This document shows positions 1 to 8,413 of a DNA stretch of 34,739 nucleotides, one piece after another (within the stretch, counting starts at the first letter, position 1; each line of letters opens with the position of its first letter). Source of the stretch: an uncultured bacterium. GTDB taxonomy: Bacteria; Bacillota; Clostridia; Oscillospirales; Oscillospiraceae. The stretch lies in NCBI GenBank assembly GCA_905214155.1, contig CAJMLC010000001.1, positions 1-34,739 on the forward strand. Direction: 5' to 3'. The notes under the pieces are model-generated. The model did no database searches. It was not told where the DNA came from and worked only from the letters and a program-made list of their open reading frames with translations. The translations under genes and the position numbers were made by a program.

Positions 1-63
1 GGATTCGAACCAGTGGCCTGCCGCTTAGGAGGCGGCCGCTCTATCCAACTGAGCTACGGGGGC
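1..63 (-). tRNA. tRNA-Arg(CCT), 3' end cut by window edge
   Basis: Reverse complement GCCCCCGTAGCTCAGTTGGATAGAGCGGCCGC-CTCCTAA-GCGGCAGGCCACTGGTTCGAATCC: D arm, anticodon stem GCCGC/GCGGC with CCT, T-loop GTTCGAATCC. Confidence 0.95.
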
Positions 64-118
64 ATATCTGATTTCGCGGAATTATTTTACACCGGAACTG
101 CCGGAAAGTCAAGCCGGG

Positions 119-146
119 GCATATTTGCCCGCGCCGGACATAGGAT
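119..146 (+). promoter_or_regulatory. Putative sigma-E promoter of the spoIIIA operon
   Basis: GCATATT (119-125) and CATAGGAT (139-146) resemble the sigma-E -35 and -10 consensus; spoIIIA is sigma-E dependent in Bacillus and Clostridium. Confidence 0.65.
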
Positions 147-163
147 GTATGGGAAGTGAAAGC

Positions 164-1000
164 ATGACAGCAGAATCCATTTTAGAGATCTTGCCGGCGC
201 GGTATCGCGCGGCACTGTTCGCACTGGACTGGGATGCGACGCTGGAACTGCGCCTGCGCGCCGGACAGCCTTTTTATCGGAAAACCATGACCGGGGAGCA
301 CCTTTGTCCTCTGCCAGACGGCGGCATTGTGACCTGCGCAGATCTGGAGGCCGTGGTCGCGGCGGCCGCAAGGCAGTCCGCCTATAGTGCGCGGGAGACA
401 CTGCGAGAGGGCTATCTCACACTGGACGGCGGGCACCGCATCGGTATCTGCGGGACGACTGTGCAGCGGAATGGCGAGATCTACAGTATGAAGGACGTCA
501 CATCGCTCAATATCCGTGTGGCGCACGACGTCCGGATCGAACCGGCGCGGCTGCGGCCCCGGCTACGGGAAAATCTGCTGATCATCGGGGCGCCGGGCAG
601 CGGGAAGACGACGCTGCTGCGGGCCTGCATCCGGACGCTCAGCCAGATGGGGCGATGCGTCAGCGTGGTGGACGAGCGCGATGAAGTTGGGGCGTTTGAT
701 CTGGGGATACACGTGGACGTGCTGCGCGGATGCGGCAAACAGGCGGGCATGGAGCTGCTGCTGCGCAGCATGGGGCCGGAGTGGATCGCGCTGGATGAGA
801 TCAGCGCAGAGGCGGATGTGCTGGCACTGGAGAAGTGCTCCTACTGCGGTGTGAAGCTGCTGGCGACGGCGCACGCGGAAAATGTGGACGAGCTGCGCCG
901 CAGGCGGCTCTACCAGATACTGCTGGAGACCGGCGTTTTCCGGCGGGCGCTGGTGCTGCGGGAAAATCAGCAATTTGCTGAAGAGGAGATCACGGTATGA
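164..1000 (+). CDS. spoIIIAA: Stage III sporulation protein AA (ATPase)
   Basis: ELRLRAGQP, GYLTLDGGHRIGICG, SLNIRVA, Walker A GAPGSGKTT, DER, LLRSMGPEWIALDEI; first gene of an 8-gene cluster. Start placed at ATG 164, after the promoter. Confidence 0.93.
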   Translation: MTAESILEILPARYRAALFALDWDATLELRLRAGQPFYRKTMTGEHLCPLPDGGIVTCADLEAVVAAAARQSAYSARETLREGYLTLDGGHRIGICGTTVQRNGEIYSMKDVTSLNIRVAHDVRIEPARLRPRLRENLLIIGAPGSGKTTLLRACIRTLSQMGRCVSVVDERDEVGAFDLGIHVDVLRGCGKQAGMELLLRSMGPEWIALDEISAEADVLALEKCSYCGVKLLATAHAENVDELRRRRLYQILLETGVFRRALVLRENQQFAEEEITV

Positions 1001-1512
1001 TAAAACTGCTGGGCGCGGCTTTGATCGTAACAGCCTCGGCTGCGGCTGGATTTGGGTTTGCGCGTGCAATCTGCGTTCAGCTGCGGCAGATGGATGCGCT
1101 GCTGGGTGCGTTGGAGGTCATGAAGAGCGAGATGGAATACCGGCTGACGCCACTGGGCGCGCTCTGCGCCGCGCTATCCCATGGAGATGAGCCTGAGACT
1201 GCGGCCTTTTTCGGCGCGTGCGCCGCGCAGATGGAGGCGGACCGCTGCCTGCCGCCGCAGCTGGCCATCCAGCGGGCAATGGAACAGGCACAGGGACTGA
1301 AATGGAGCGCGCGGACGCGCGAGACGGTGCGGAATCTGGCCTTTTCACTCGGGAAGTTTGACCTTGGCGGGCAGGTGCGCGCCATCGAGCTGGCACAGGA
1401 GCGGCTGCGCGCGGAGCTGGCGGAGGTACAGGCCGGGAGCCGTGCGCGCTGCCGGAGCTATGAGACGATTGGGATCTGCGCCGGGCTGGCGCTGGCGGTG
1501 GTGCTGATTTAA
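997..1512 (+). CDS. spoIIIAB: Stage III sporulation protein AB
   Basis: MIKLLGAALI N-terminal TM, EMEYRLTPL, LGKFDLGGQ, C-terminal GICAGLALAVVLI; operon position. Confidence 0.9.
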   Translation: MIKLLGAALIVTASAAAGFGFARAICVQLRQMDALLGALEVMKSEMEYRLTPLGALCAALSHGDEPETAAFFGACAAQMEADRCLPPQLAIQRAMEQAQGLKWSARTRETVRNLAFSLGKFDLGGQVRAIELAQERLRAELAEVQAGSRARCRSYETIGICAGLALAVVLI

Positions 1513-1513
1513 G

Positions 1514-1708
1514 ATGGAAATTGATTTGATTTTTAAGATCGCGGCGGTGGGGATCATCGTGTCGATCCTCAATCAGGTGCTCGTGCGCTCGGGCCGGGAG
1601 GAGCAGGCGACGATGACGTCGCTGGTGGCGCTGGTGGTGGTGCTGATGATCGTGGTGCAGAAGATCGCGGCGCTGTTTGACCTGGTCAAGGACCTGTTTC
1701 AGTTCTGA
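1514..1708 (+). CDS. spoIIIAC: Stage III sporulation protein AC
   Basis: MEIDLIFKIAAVGIIVSILNQVLVRSGREEQA is the typical SpoIIIAC sequence. Confidence 0.95.
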   Translation: MEIDLIFKIAAVGIIVSILNQVLVRSGREEQATMTSLVALVVVLMIVVQKIAALFDLVKDLFQF

Positions 1709-2100
1709 TGGAGATCTGGAAATTTGCCGCGATGGCGATCGTGTGTGCGCTGCTGTGCACCGTGCTGAAGCAGCATGGAGCTGAGTTGTCGTCAGTGCTG
1801 GCATTGGCTGGATGCGTGGGGCTGCTGATCGCTGCATTTACAGTGCTGTCACCGGTGATGACGTTTCTCCGGCGGCTGTCCGGCCTGGCCGGGATCAACG
1901 CCGCGCTGCTGGCACCGGTGCTGAAGGCAGCGGCGGTCGGTCTGCTCACGCAGCTGACGGAATCGTTCTGCAAGGACGCGGGGGAGGGGGCGCTGGCCAA
2001 GGCTGTTGAATTGTGCGGCGGGATCTTGGCGCTGTACGCATTGCTGCCTCTGGCAAGCAGCGTGGCAGAGCTATTGCAGCGGATGGCGGGAGGCGGATGA
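1708..2100 (+). CDS. spoIIIAD: Stage III sporulation protein AD
   Basis: Hydrophobic 130 aa protein, FCKDAGEGALAKAVELCG motif; operon position. Confidence 0.9.
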   Translation: MEIWKFAAMAIVCALLCTVLKQHGAELSSVLALAGCVGLLIAAFTVLSPVMTFLRRLSGLAGINAALLAPVLKAAAVGLLTQLTESFCKDAGEGALAKAVELCGGILALYALLPLASSVAELLQRMAGGG

Positions 2101-3185
2101 TGCGAAGGATCGTGCTGGTTTTGCTGCTGGCGGCCATGCTGGCCTCCGGCGTATGCGCCGCGACGGACGTTTTGCAGGAGGAGGCCGCGATCCTCGGCGC
2201 GGACAAGCTGGAAGATGCGCTTCCGGACGAGGCCGCGGACGCGCTGGACGGCGTCTCGCCGCTGGGATCGGGCAGCTTTTCGGACGGGTTCAAGCAGGTC
2301 TTATCCAGCGCGGTGAAAGGGCTCGGAGGGTGGATGCGGTCGGGCGTGCGGGTGGCAGCTGGGCTGCTGGCGGTGGCACTGCTGTGCGGGATGGGAAGCG
2401 GGTACGGCGGGGCGGCGGCACGGATGGCCGGGTGCCTCGGGATCGCGGCGGTCTGCACGTCGAGCCTGTACGGAATGATCGCGCTGGCGCGGGAGACGCT
2501 CGACGGGCTGGGGAATTTTTCGGCGTTGCTGCTGCCGGTGCTCTCCGCGGCGCTGACAGCATCCGGCGGCGTGACGAGCGGCAGCGCGATCTACGCCGGG
2601 GCGACGCTGCTGATCAGCGTACTGACGAGCCTGATTCGCTCGTTCCTGATCCCGTGCGTCTACTGTTATTTCTTTCTGGCCGTGGCGCAGTATGCCATCG
2701 GGGACGACCGGCTGGAATGCCTGCGGGAGCTGGCGGGGTGGACCGTGAAGACGGCGCTGCGCGCGGCAGTGGCGGCGTTTACCGGCTATCTGGCGCTGAC
2801 GGGTCTGCTCGCCGGAACGGCGGACGAGATGGCGCTCAAGGCGGCGAAGAGCGTCATCTCCACGGCCATCCCGGTCGTGGGCGGGATGATCTCGGAGGCG
2901 TCGCAGGCGGTGCTGACGAGTGCGGCGCTGATCCGGAGCAGCGCGGGTGTATTCGGGCTGCTGGCGGTGCTGGCGATGGGTCTCGGGCCGTTTTTGCAGA
3001 TCGCGGTACAGTATCTGGCGCTGCGCGTGACGGCGGCGCTGAGCGGCTTTCTGGCGATGCAGGAGCACACGAAGCTGCTCTCCTGCGCGGCGGATGCGAT
3101 GGGCGATATGCTGGCGATGACGGGCAGCGCGATGCTGATGGTGATCGTGGCGGTCTGCACGCTGATCAGGGTGGTGAACGGATGA
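2097..3185 (+). CDS. spoIIIAE: Stage III sporulation protein AE
   Basis: Polytopic membrane protein with IPVVGGMISEA motif; start at ATG 2097 overlaps the spoIIIAD stop, with GGAGG upstream. Confidence 0.9.
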   Translation: MMRRIVLVLLLAAMLASGVCAATDVLQEEAAILGADKLEDALPDEAADALDGVSPLGSGSFSDGFKQVLSSAVKGLGGWMRSGVRVAAGLLAVALLCGMGSGYGGAAARMAGCLGIAAVCTSSLYGMIALARETLDGLGNFSALLLPVLSAALTASGGVTSGSAIYAGATLLISVLTSLIRSFLIPCVYCYFFLAVAQYAIGDDRLECLRELAGWTVKTALRAAVAAFTGYLALTGLLAGTADEMALKAAKSVISTAIPVVGGMISEASQAVLTSAALIRSSAGVFGLLAVLAMGLGPFLQIAVQYLALRVTAALSGFLAMQEHTKLLSCAADAMGDMLAMTGSAMLMVIVAVCTLIRVVNG

Positions 3186-3652
3186 AAGGATATTTGTTTT
3201 CTTTGACGGCGGCGGCGCTGCTGTCCGCGCTGCTGCTGGCGCTGGTGCCGGAGGGCAGCGGGCGGCGGACGGTACGGCTGGGGTGCGGAATGCTGCTGGC
3301 GGTGGTGGCGCTGAGCCCGCTGCTGAAGCTGGACTATGACACGATCGCCAAGCAGATCGCTGGGATCCGGCTGGATACCGAGACGGCACGGACGGGCGTG
3401 GAGATCCGGAACCGGGAGCTGCAGGCGCGCATCATATCCGAACAGGCCGCGGCATATATATGGGACAAAGCGGACGAGATGGGGGTGGCGCTGGAGGTCG
3501 AGGTGGAGACGCAGGACCGCGGAAGAGGGCCGTATCCCTGGCGCGTGACGCTGACCGGGACGTGCGGCGGCGAGAAGCGCACGGCGCTGACACAGTACAT
3601 CGAGGAAAATCTGGCGATCCCGGAGGCGAGGCAGGTGTGGCAATGCGAATAG
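3182..3652 (+). CDS. spoIIIAF: Stage III sporulation protein AF
   Basis: MKGYLFSLTAAALLSALLLALVPEG...VRLGCGMLLAVVALSPL; ATGA overlap with spoIIIAE; this is the 3' part of track ORF 2006..3652. Confidence 0.8.
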   Translation: MKGYLFSLTAAALLSALLLALVPEGSGRRTVRLGCGMLLAVVALSPLLKLDYDTIAKQIAGIRLDTETARTGVEIRNRELQARIISEQAAAYIWDKADEMGVALEVEVETQDRGRGPYPWRVTLTGTCGGEKRTALTQYIEENLAIPEARQVWQCE

Positions 3653-4146
3653 ACAAGGACGCGCTGCGGCAGGCGCGGGAGCGGTGCGCCGCGTGGCTCC
3701 GGAAAAACCGGCTCGTGGTGCTGCTGGCGCTGCTGGGCAGTTTGCTGCTGCTCTGGCCGGCGGGAAGCGGGCGTGAGGCCGGGAAGACCGAGACGGCGTC
3801 GAACAGCTTTTCCCTTGCGGAGACGGAGGCGAAGCTCGAAGCGCTGCTCGGCAAGATCGACGGCGCAGGCGCGGTAGACGTGATGCTGACGCTTGCGGAC
3901 GGCGGCGAGGCCGTCTATCAGGTGGATGAGACGGTCCGCGATGATGGGCGCGAGGTTCAGACCGTCCTCGCCGACAAGGCGCCGGTCCTCGTACAGACGC
4001 GGCAGCCGAGATTTCAGGGGGCCGTGGTCGTCTGCGAGGGCGCGGGCCGCGCGGCGGTCAAGCTCGCGGTGACGGAGGCCGTCGCGAGCCTGACGGGACT
4101 TGGCAGCGGGAAGATCGCGGTCGTCAAAATGGAGTCATCAAACTAA
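3643..4146 (+). CDS. spoIIIAG: Stage III sporulation protein AG
   Basis: TM segment, LEALLGKIDGAGAVDVMLTL, PRFQGAVVVCEGA, IAVVKM. Confidence 0.9.
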   Translation: MRIDKDALRQARERCAAWLRKNRLVVLLALLGSLLLLWPAGSGREAGKTETASNSFSLAETEAKLEALLGKIDGAGAVDVMLTLADGGEAVYQVDETVRDDGREVQTVLADKAPVLVQTRQPRFQGAVVVCEGAGRAAVKLAVTEAVASLTGLGSGKIAVVKMESSN

Positions 4147-4308
4147 GGAATCTCTGAATCAATCGTCTGCGACTGCGAGCGGATCTTTTCCGCCCACTCT
4201 TCGGTATCAAAAACGGGAAATACATACAGTATTCCTCCGCTTTTGATCCCTCGATTGGACGAAAAATCTCTCACTCACAGTTCTTGCCGATTGAATCAGA
4301 GCTTCCCT
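4145..4308. mobile_element. MITE-like fold-back element 1
   Basis: Terminal inverted repeats GGAATCTCTGAATCAATCG / CGATTGAATCAGAGCTTCC (17 of 19 match); whole element is an imperfect palindrome centred on GAAATAC-ATACA-GTATTCC. Confidence 0.65.
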
Positions 4309-4337
4309 GAAAATGAAGGACAATAGGAGGAAACGGT

Positions 4338-4895
4338 ATGAAAGCATGGAAACGGAACGCAGTGATCGCGACGGTGCTGGTCTTTATCTGCGCGGGCGTG
4401 TATCTGAACTGGTCGTACAACCAGAAGGAGAAGACGCCCGAGCTGACGCAGACACTGAGCGCGGATCAGGTAATGGGGGAGACGACGATGGTGATCGCGG
4501 ATGCGTCGGACGAGGCGGAGCCGGCCGCGAACATGGACGCGGCGGATTATTTCGCGCAGGTCCGTCTGAGCCGGCAGGAGTCGCGCGACAGCGCAGTGGA
4601 GCTGCTGGAGGAGACGATCGCATACGACGAGGGCACGGCCGTCGGCGACACGGCGTCCGCTGCGCTCAATGAGATCGTGAACACGGCGCTGAGCGAGGCG
4701 CAGATCGAGAGCATGGTCATCGCGAAGGGTTATGCCGACTGCGTGACGTACATCACGGACGACACGGTCAGTGTGGCAGTCGCCGCGCCGGCGGAGGGAC
4801 TCAGTGAAGCGGATGCGGCGCTGATCTCCGATGTGGTGCGCTCGCAGACGGATTATCCGCTCTCGCAGGTGCGCATTATCGAGGTAAAACCGTAA
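4338..4895 (+). CDS. spoIIIAH: Stage III sporulation protein AH
   Basis: KRNAVIATVLVFICAGVYLNW, DYFAQVRLSR, IESMVIAKGYADCV; SD AGGAGG. Confidence 0.92.
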   Translation: MKAWKRNAVIATVLVFICAGVYLNWSYNQKEKTPELTQTLSADQVMGETTMVIADASDEAEPAANMDAADYFAQVRLSRQESRDSAVELLEETIAYDEGTAVGDTASAALNEIVNTALSEAQIESMVIAKGYADCVTYITDDTVSVAVAAPAEGLSEADAALISDVVRSQTDYPLSQVRIIEVKP

Positions 4896-4913
4896 GCAAG
4901 GGGTAGATTTTTG

Positions 4914-4942
4914 GTGGAGGGCGGGAACGCTCTCCACTTTTT
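4914..4942 (+). terminator. Intrinsic terminator after spoIIIAH
   Basis: GTGGAGGGCG-GGAA-CGCTCTCCAC-TTTTT. Confidence 0.85.
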
Positions 4943-4956
4943 GCGCCTTTTTACTT

Positions 4957-5116
4957 GCGTGTATCTGAAAACTGCCAACGCACTCGGACAGCGGGCCTTT
5001 TCACGCTGTACCGCGTCATTTTTCCTTGAAATACGTCAGTATTCCTGCGGAAAAATGTCTTGCTCAGCGCAAAAATTCCTCGCTGCCGATCACATCGTCA
5101 GTTTTCAGATACACCC
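4957..5116. mobile_element. MITE-like fold-back element 2
   Basis: Perfect 16-bp inverted repeat GTGTATCTGAAAACTG (4959-4974) / CAGTTTTCAGATACAC (5099-5114); central hairpin GAAATAC-GTCA-GTATTCC. Confidence 0.7.
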
Positions 5117-5144
5117 TTGAAATTCTATGGATTTATGGTACAAT
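5117..5144 (+). promoter_or_regulatory. Putative sigma-A promoter of the asp23-nusB operon
   Basis: TTGAAA-16 bp-TACAAT with extended -10 TG. Confidence 0.6.
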
Positions 5145-5190
5145 ATCAAAATGAGAAAAGAATCGGGTACTTTGCGCAGGAGGCTATTTT

Positions 5191-5571
5191 ATGGCAGAGA
5201 ATAAAGAGTATTTCTCCAAAGAGGTGGAGAATGGGTCCATCCAGATCTCGGAAGAGGTCGTTTCGTCCGTGGCGGCGATGGCCGTGCTGGAGGTGGAGGG
5301 CGTGTGCGGACTGGCGAGCAATCTCGGCTATGACATTGCGGAGATGCTCGGCAAGAAGACGCTGGCGAAAGGCATCCGCCTGAGCACCGAGGGCGAGGCG
5401 CTGCGCATCGACTGTGAGATCGTGGCGCAGTTTGGGCAGCCGGTATTCGTGCTGGCACGAAATGTGCAGGAGCACGTGAAAAGCTGCGTGGAATCGCTGA
5501 CGGGGCTCAGCGTGGCACAGGTGAACGTGAATGTGTCCGGCATCGCGCTGCCGCGCGAGGGCAAAAAGTAA
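5191..5571 (+). CDS. Asp23/Gls24 family protein (YqhY-like)
   Basis: GSIQISEEVVSSVAAMAVLEVEGV, VQEHVKSCVESLTGLSVAQVNVNVSGI; upstream of nusB. Confidence 0.9.
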   Translation: MAENKEYFSKEVENGSIQISEEVVSSVAAMAVLEVEGVCGLASNLGYDIAEMLGKKTLAKGIRLSTEGEALRIDCEIVAQFGQPVFVLARNVQEHVKSCVESLTGLSVAQVNVNVSGIALPREGKK

Positions 5572-5592
5572 GAGAGAAAGACAGGAACAGCT

Positions 5593-6051
5593 ATGACAAG
5601 GACGAATGCGCGGGAGATCGCGTGCCATCTGGTATATGAAATGTATCTCAACGCCGTCACGGCCGGCGAGGCCCTGACGGCGCTGATGGATGAGGGGTAC
5701 TATCCGAGTCTGAAGTCGGAGAGCGACGTCTACGAGGAAAAGCCGACGGGCAAGCAGCTGGAATATCTGCAGAACGTCGTGCAGGGCGTGCAGGCGAAGC
5801 GCGAAGAGCTGGAAGGGTATCTCGAGCAGTACGCCATCGGCTGGAGCGTGGGGCGCATCTCGAAGGTGGCCCGGGCGGTGATGGAGGTCGCGATGTACGA
5901 AGTGCTCTACGTGCACGACGTGCCGACCGGCGCGGCCATCAGCGAGGCAGTCGAGCTGACGCGGAAGTATGAAAACGAGGATGTGGTCGCGTTTGTGAAC
6001 GGCGTGCTGGGCGCGTTTGCCCGCGCACAGGGCGCGGATGAGGCCGAATGA
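5593..6051 (+). CDS. nusB: Transcription antitermination factor NusB
   Basis: RTNAREIA, WSVGRISKV, AISEAVELTRKY, FVNGVLG. Confidence 0.93.
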   Translation: MTRTNAREIACHLVYEMYLNAVTAGEALTALMDEGYYPSLKSESDVYEEKPTGKQLEYLQNVVQGVQAKREELEGYLEQYAIGWSVGRISKVARAVMEVAMYEVLYVHDVPTGAAISEAVELTRKYENEDVVAFVNGVLGAFARAQGADEAE

Positions 6052-6989
6052 TGGTCCTCGGGTTTGACACCAGCAACTATACCACTTCGGTGGCGATCTC
6101 GGACGGCGTGGGCGGCAAAAACTGCTCACGCCTTTTGGACGTCCGGCCCGGCGAGCTGGGGCTGCGGCAGTCGGACGCGCTGTTTGCGCATGTGAAACGG
6201 CTGCCGGAGCTGGCGCGGACGCTGTTCGCGGAATATCCGGGCGCGGAGATCTCGGCGATCGGGGCCAGTACGCGGCCAAGGGCTGTGGAGGGCTCGTACA
6301 TGCCGTGCTTCCTCGCGGGGCAGAGCACGGCGGAGACGATGGCGGCAGCGCTCGGTGTGCCGTTCCACGCGGTATCGCACCAGCAGGGACATGTGGCCGC
6401 GGCGCTCTGGTCGGCAGGACGGATGGAGCTGATGGACACGCCGCATCTGGCGTGGCACCTGTCCGGCGGGACGACGGAGCTGCTGCTCATCACGCCGGAA
6501 GGGAAGAACGTCCGCGCCGAAAAGCTCGGCGGAACGAGCGACATCTCCGCCGGACAGCTCATCGACCGGACGGGCAAGCTGCTTGGATTGCAGTTTCCGG
6601 CGGGCAAGGCGCTCGATGCGCTGAGCCGCGAGTCGGATGCGAAGGAGGATTTCCGTGTGAAGGTGAATGGGCTGACGTTCTCATTCTCCGGGCTGCAAAA
6701 TAAGGTGGAAGGCTATCATGCCGCCGGGCACGGCGCGGCGGAGACGGCGCGGTATGCGCTGCGGTCGGTGCTCGGGTGCATTCTGCGGACGACCGAGGCG
6801 GCGCGGAAGGAATATCCGGGCATGCCGGTGGTGTTTTCGGGCGGTGTGGCGTCGAACGCGATGCTGCGCGAAGCGTGCGCCGGCACGGACGCCGTGTTTG
6901 CGCAGCCGCAGTTTTCCACGGACAACGCGATGGGCGTCGCCATTCTGACGGCGCGGTTGGAGGGACTGGATGGAGCTTCAAATCCTTGA
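6048..6989 (+). CDS. Divergent TsaD/Kae1-family (peptidase M22/ASKHA) protein
   Basis: LGFDTSNYTT, SHQQGH, LSGGTTEL, DISAGQLIDR, FSFSG, SGGVASN, STDNA. Confidence 0.8.
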   Translation: MMVLGFDTSNYTTSVAISDGVGGKNCSRLLDVRPGELGLRQSDALFAHVKRLPELARTLFAEYPGAEISAIGASTRPRAVEGSYMPCFLAGQSTAETMAAALGVPFHAVSHQQGHVAAALWSAGRMELMDTPHLAWHLSGGTTELLLITPEGKNVRAEKLGGTSDISAGQLIDRTGKLLGLQFPAGKALDALSRESDAKEDFRVKVNGLTFSFSGLQNKVEGYHAAGHGAAETARYALRSVLGCILRTTEAARKEYPGMPVVFSGGVASNAMLREACAGTDAVFAQPQFSTDNAMGVAILTARLEGLDGASNP

Positions 6990-8205
6990 GGTCTCGCAGG
7001 TCAACGCCTACATCAAGGGACTGTTTGACCGGGACGCGCTGCTGGGGCAGGTGTGTGTCCAGGGAGAGCTCAGCAACTATAAGGTATATCCCTCGGGGCA
7101 CCACTATTTTACGATGAAGGACGCCGAGGGCGCGCTGCGGTGCGTGATGTTCCGCTCGAGTGCGGGGCGGCTCCGGTTCAAACCGGAGAACGGGATGCAG
7201 GTGCTCGCGGTGGGGCGGATCACGGTGTTTCCGCGCGACGGAGCGTATCAGCTCTACTGCGAGAACTTGACGCCCGCAGGCGCGGGCGACCTGCACGTGG
7301 CATTTGAGCAGCTGAAGGCGAAGCTGCTGGCGGAAGGTCTGTTTGACCGAAGCCTGAAAAAGCCGCTGCCGCCATATCCGCACACGATCGGCATTATCAC
7401 GTCCGGCGCGGGCGCGGCGATCATGGACATGCTGCGCATTCTGAACAAGCGCTATCCGCTGGCGAAGGTCAAAATTTTGCCGGTGCGCGTGCAGGGCGCG
7501 GAGGCCCCGGCGGAGATCGCGGGCGCGATCCGCTACGCCAACGTCCACAAGGTGGCCGACGTGCTCATTGCAGGGCGCGGCGGCGGATCGATGGAGGATC
7601 TCTGGGCGTTCAACGACGAGCGTGTGGCGCGGGCCATTTTTGCATCGGAGATCCCGGTGATCTCGGCGGTCGGCCATGAGCCGGATGTAACGATCTCGGA
7701 CTTTGTGGCGGATGTGCGGGCGGCGACGCCGTCAAATGCGGCGGAGCTGGTCGCGCCGGATCAGGCGGAGCTGCGGCAGACGCTCGGCAATATGCAGGCG
7801 CGGCTGCTGGCGGCAATGAAAAAGCGGCTCCAGCTTGACCGGCAGCAGCTGAACGCGCTGGCCGGGCGGAGAGTGCTGCAGTCGCCGCTCGGATATTTGC
7901 AGGACCGGCGGATGCTGCTCGACCACGAGAGCCGAATGCTCGCGACGCAGATGCAGCGGACGATCGCGGAGAAGAAACAGCAGTTCGCGCATCTGGCGGC
8001 GGCGCTCGACGCGATGAGCCCGCTGAAGGTGCTCGGGCGCGGATACAGCGTCGTGCGGACGGAGGACGGCGGCGTCGTCCGGCAGGCGGAGCAGGTCCGC
8101 GTGGGCGAACGATTGGAGATCACGCTGCGCAGGGGCAGCGTCAGTGCGGAAGTATGCGAGATCAGGGAGGGCCAGGATGGCACAGAAGAAATCGAAAACG
8201 TTTGA
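6970..8205 (+). CDS. xseA: Exodeoxyribonuclease VII large subunit
   Basis: GELSN, SGHHYFTMKD, GRGGGSMEDLWAFNDE, SAVGHEPD, AATPSNAAE. Confidence 0.97.
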   Translation: MELQILEVSQVNAYIKGLFDRDALLGQVCVQGELSNYKVYPSGHHYFTMKDAEGALRCVMFRSSAGRLRFKPENGMQVLAVGRITVFPRDGAYQLYCENLTPAGAGDLHVAFEQLKAKLLAEGLFDRSLKKPLPPYPHTIGIITSGAGAAIMDMLRILNKRYPLAKVKILPVRVQGAEAPAEIAGAIRYANVHKVADVLIAGRGGGSMEDLWAFNDERVARAIFASEIPVISAVGHEPDVTISDFVADVRAATPSNAAELVAPDQAELRQTLGNMQARLLAAMKKRLQLDRQQLNALAGRRVLQSPLGYLQDRRMLLDHESRMLATQMQRTIAEKKQQFAHLAAALDAMSPLKVLGRGYSVVRTEDGGVVRQAEQVRVGERLEITLRRGSVSAEVCEIREGQDGTEEIENV

Positions 8206-8413
8206 AGAGTCGATGACTCGGCTGGAGGCCATCGTCCGCGCGATGGAGCAGGGGAACGTGCCGCTGGAGGAGTCGCTGAAGCTCTTCCAGGAGGGGACCG
8301 GACTGGTCCGCACGTGTACGGAGCTGCTCGACCACGCGGAGCTGGAGGTCGTGAAGCTGATGAAGGGCCCGGACGGGGAACCGGTGGAACAGGAGTTCGT
8401 GCGCGATGAATGA
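8177..8413 (+). CDS. xseB: Exodeoxyribonuclease VII small subunit
   Basis: TFEESMTRLEAIVRAMEQGNVPLEESLKLFQEG; SD GGAGG before ATG 8177. Confidence 0.95.
   Translation: MAQKKSKTFEESMTRLEAIVRAMEQGNVPLEESLKLFQEGTGLVRTCTELLDHAELEVVKLMKGPDGEPVEQEFVRDE

Noticed and set aside
1..120. tRNA as an integration site for an island
   Set aside because: No integrase or duplicated tRNA end here; the tRNA 3' side is outside the window.
2006..3181. N-terminal 392 codons of the 548-aa ORF 2006..3652
   Set aside because: Arg/Gly-rich off-frame overlap with spoIIIAE; only 3182-3652 is spoIIIAF.
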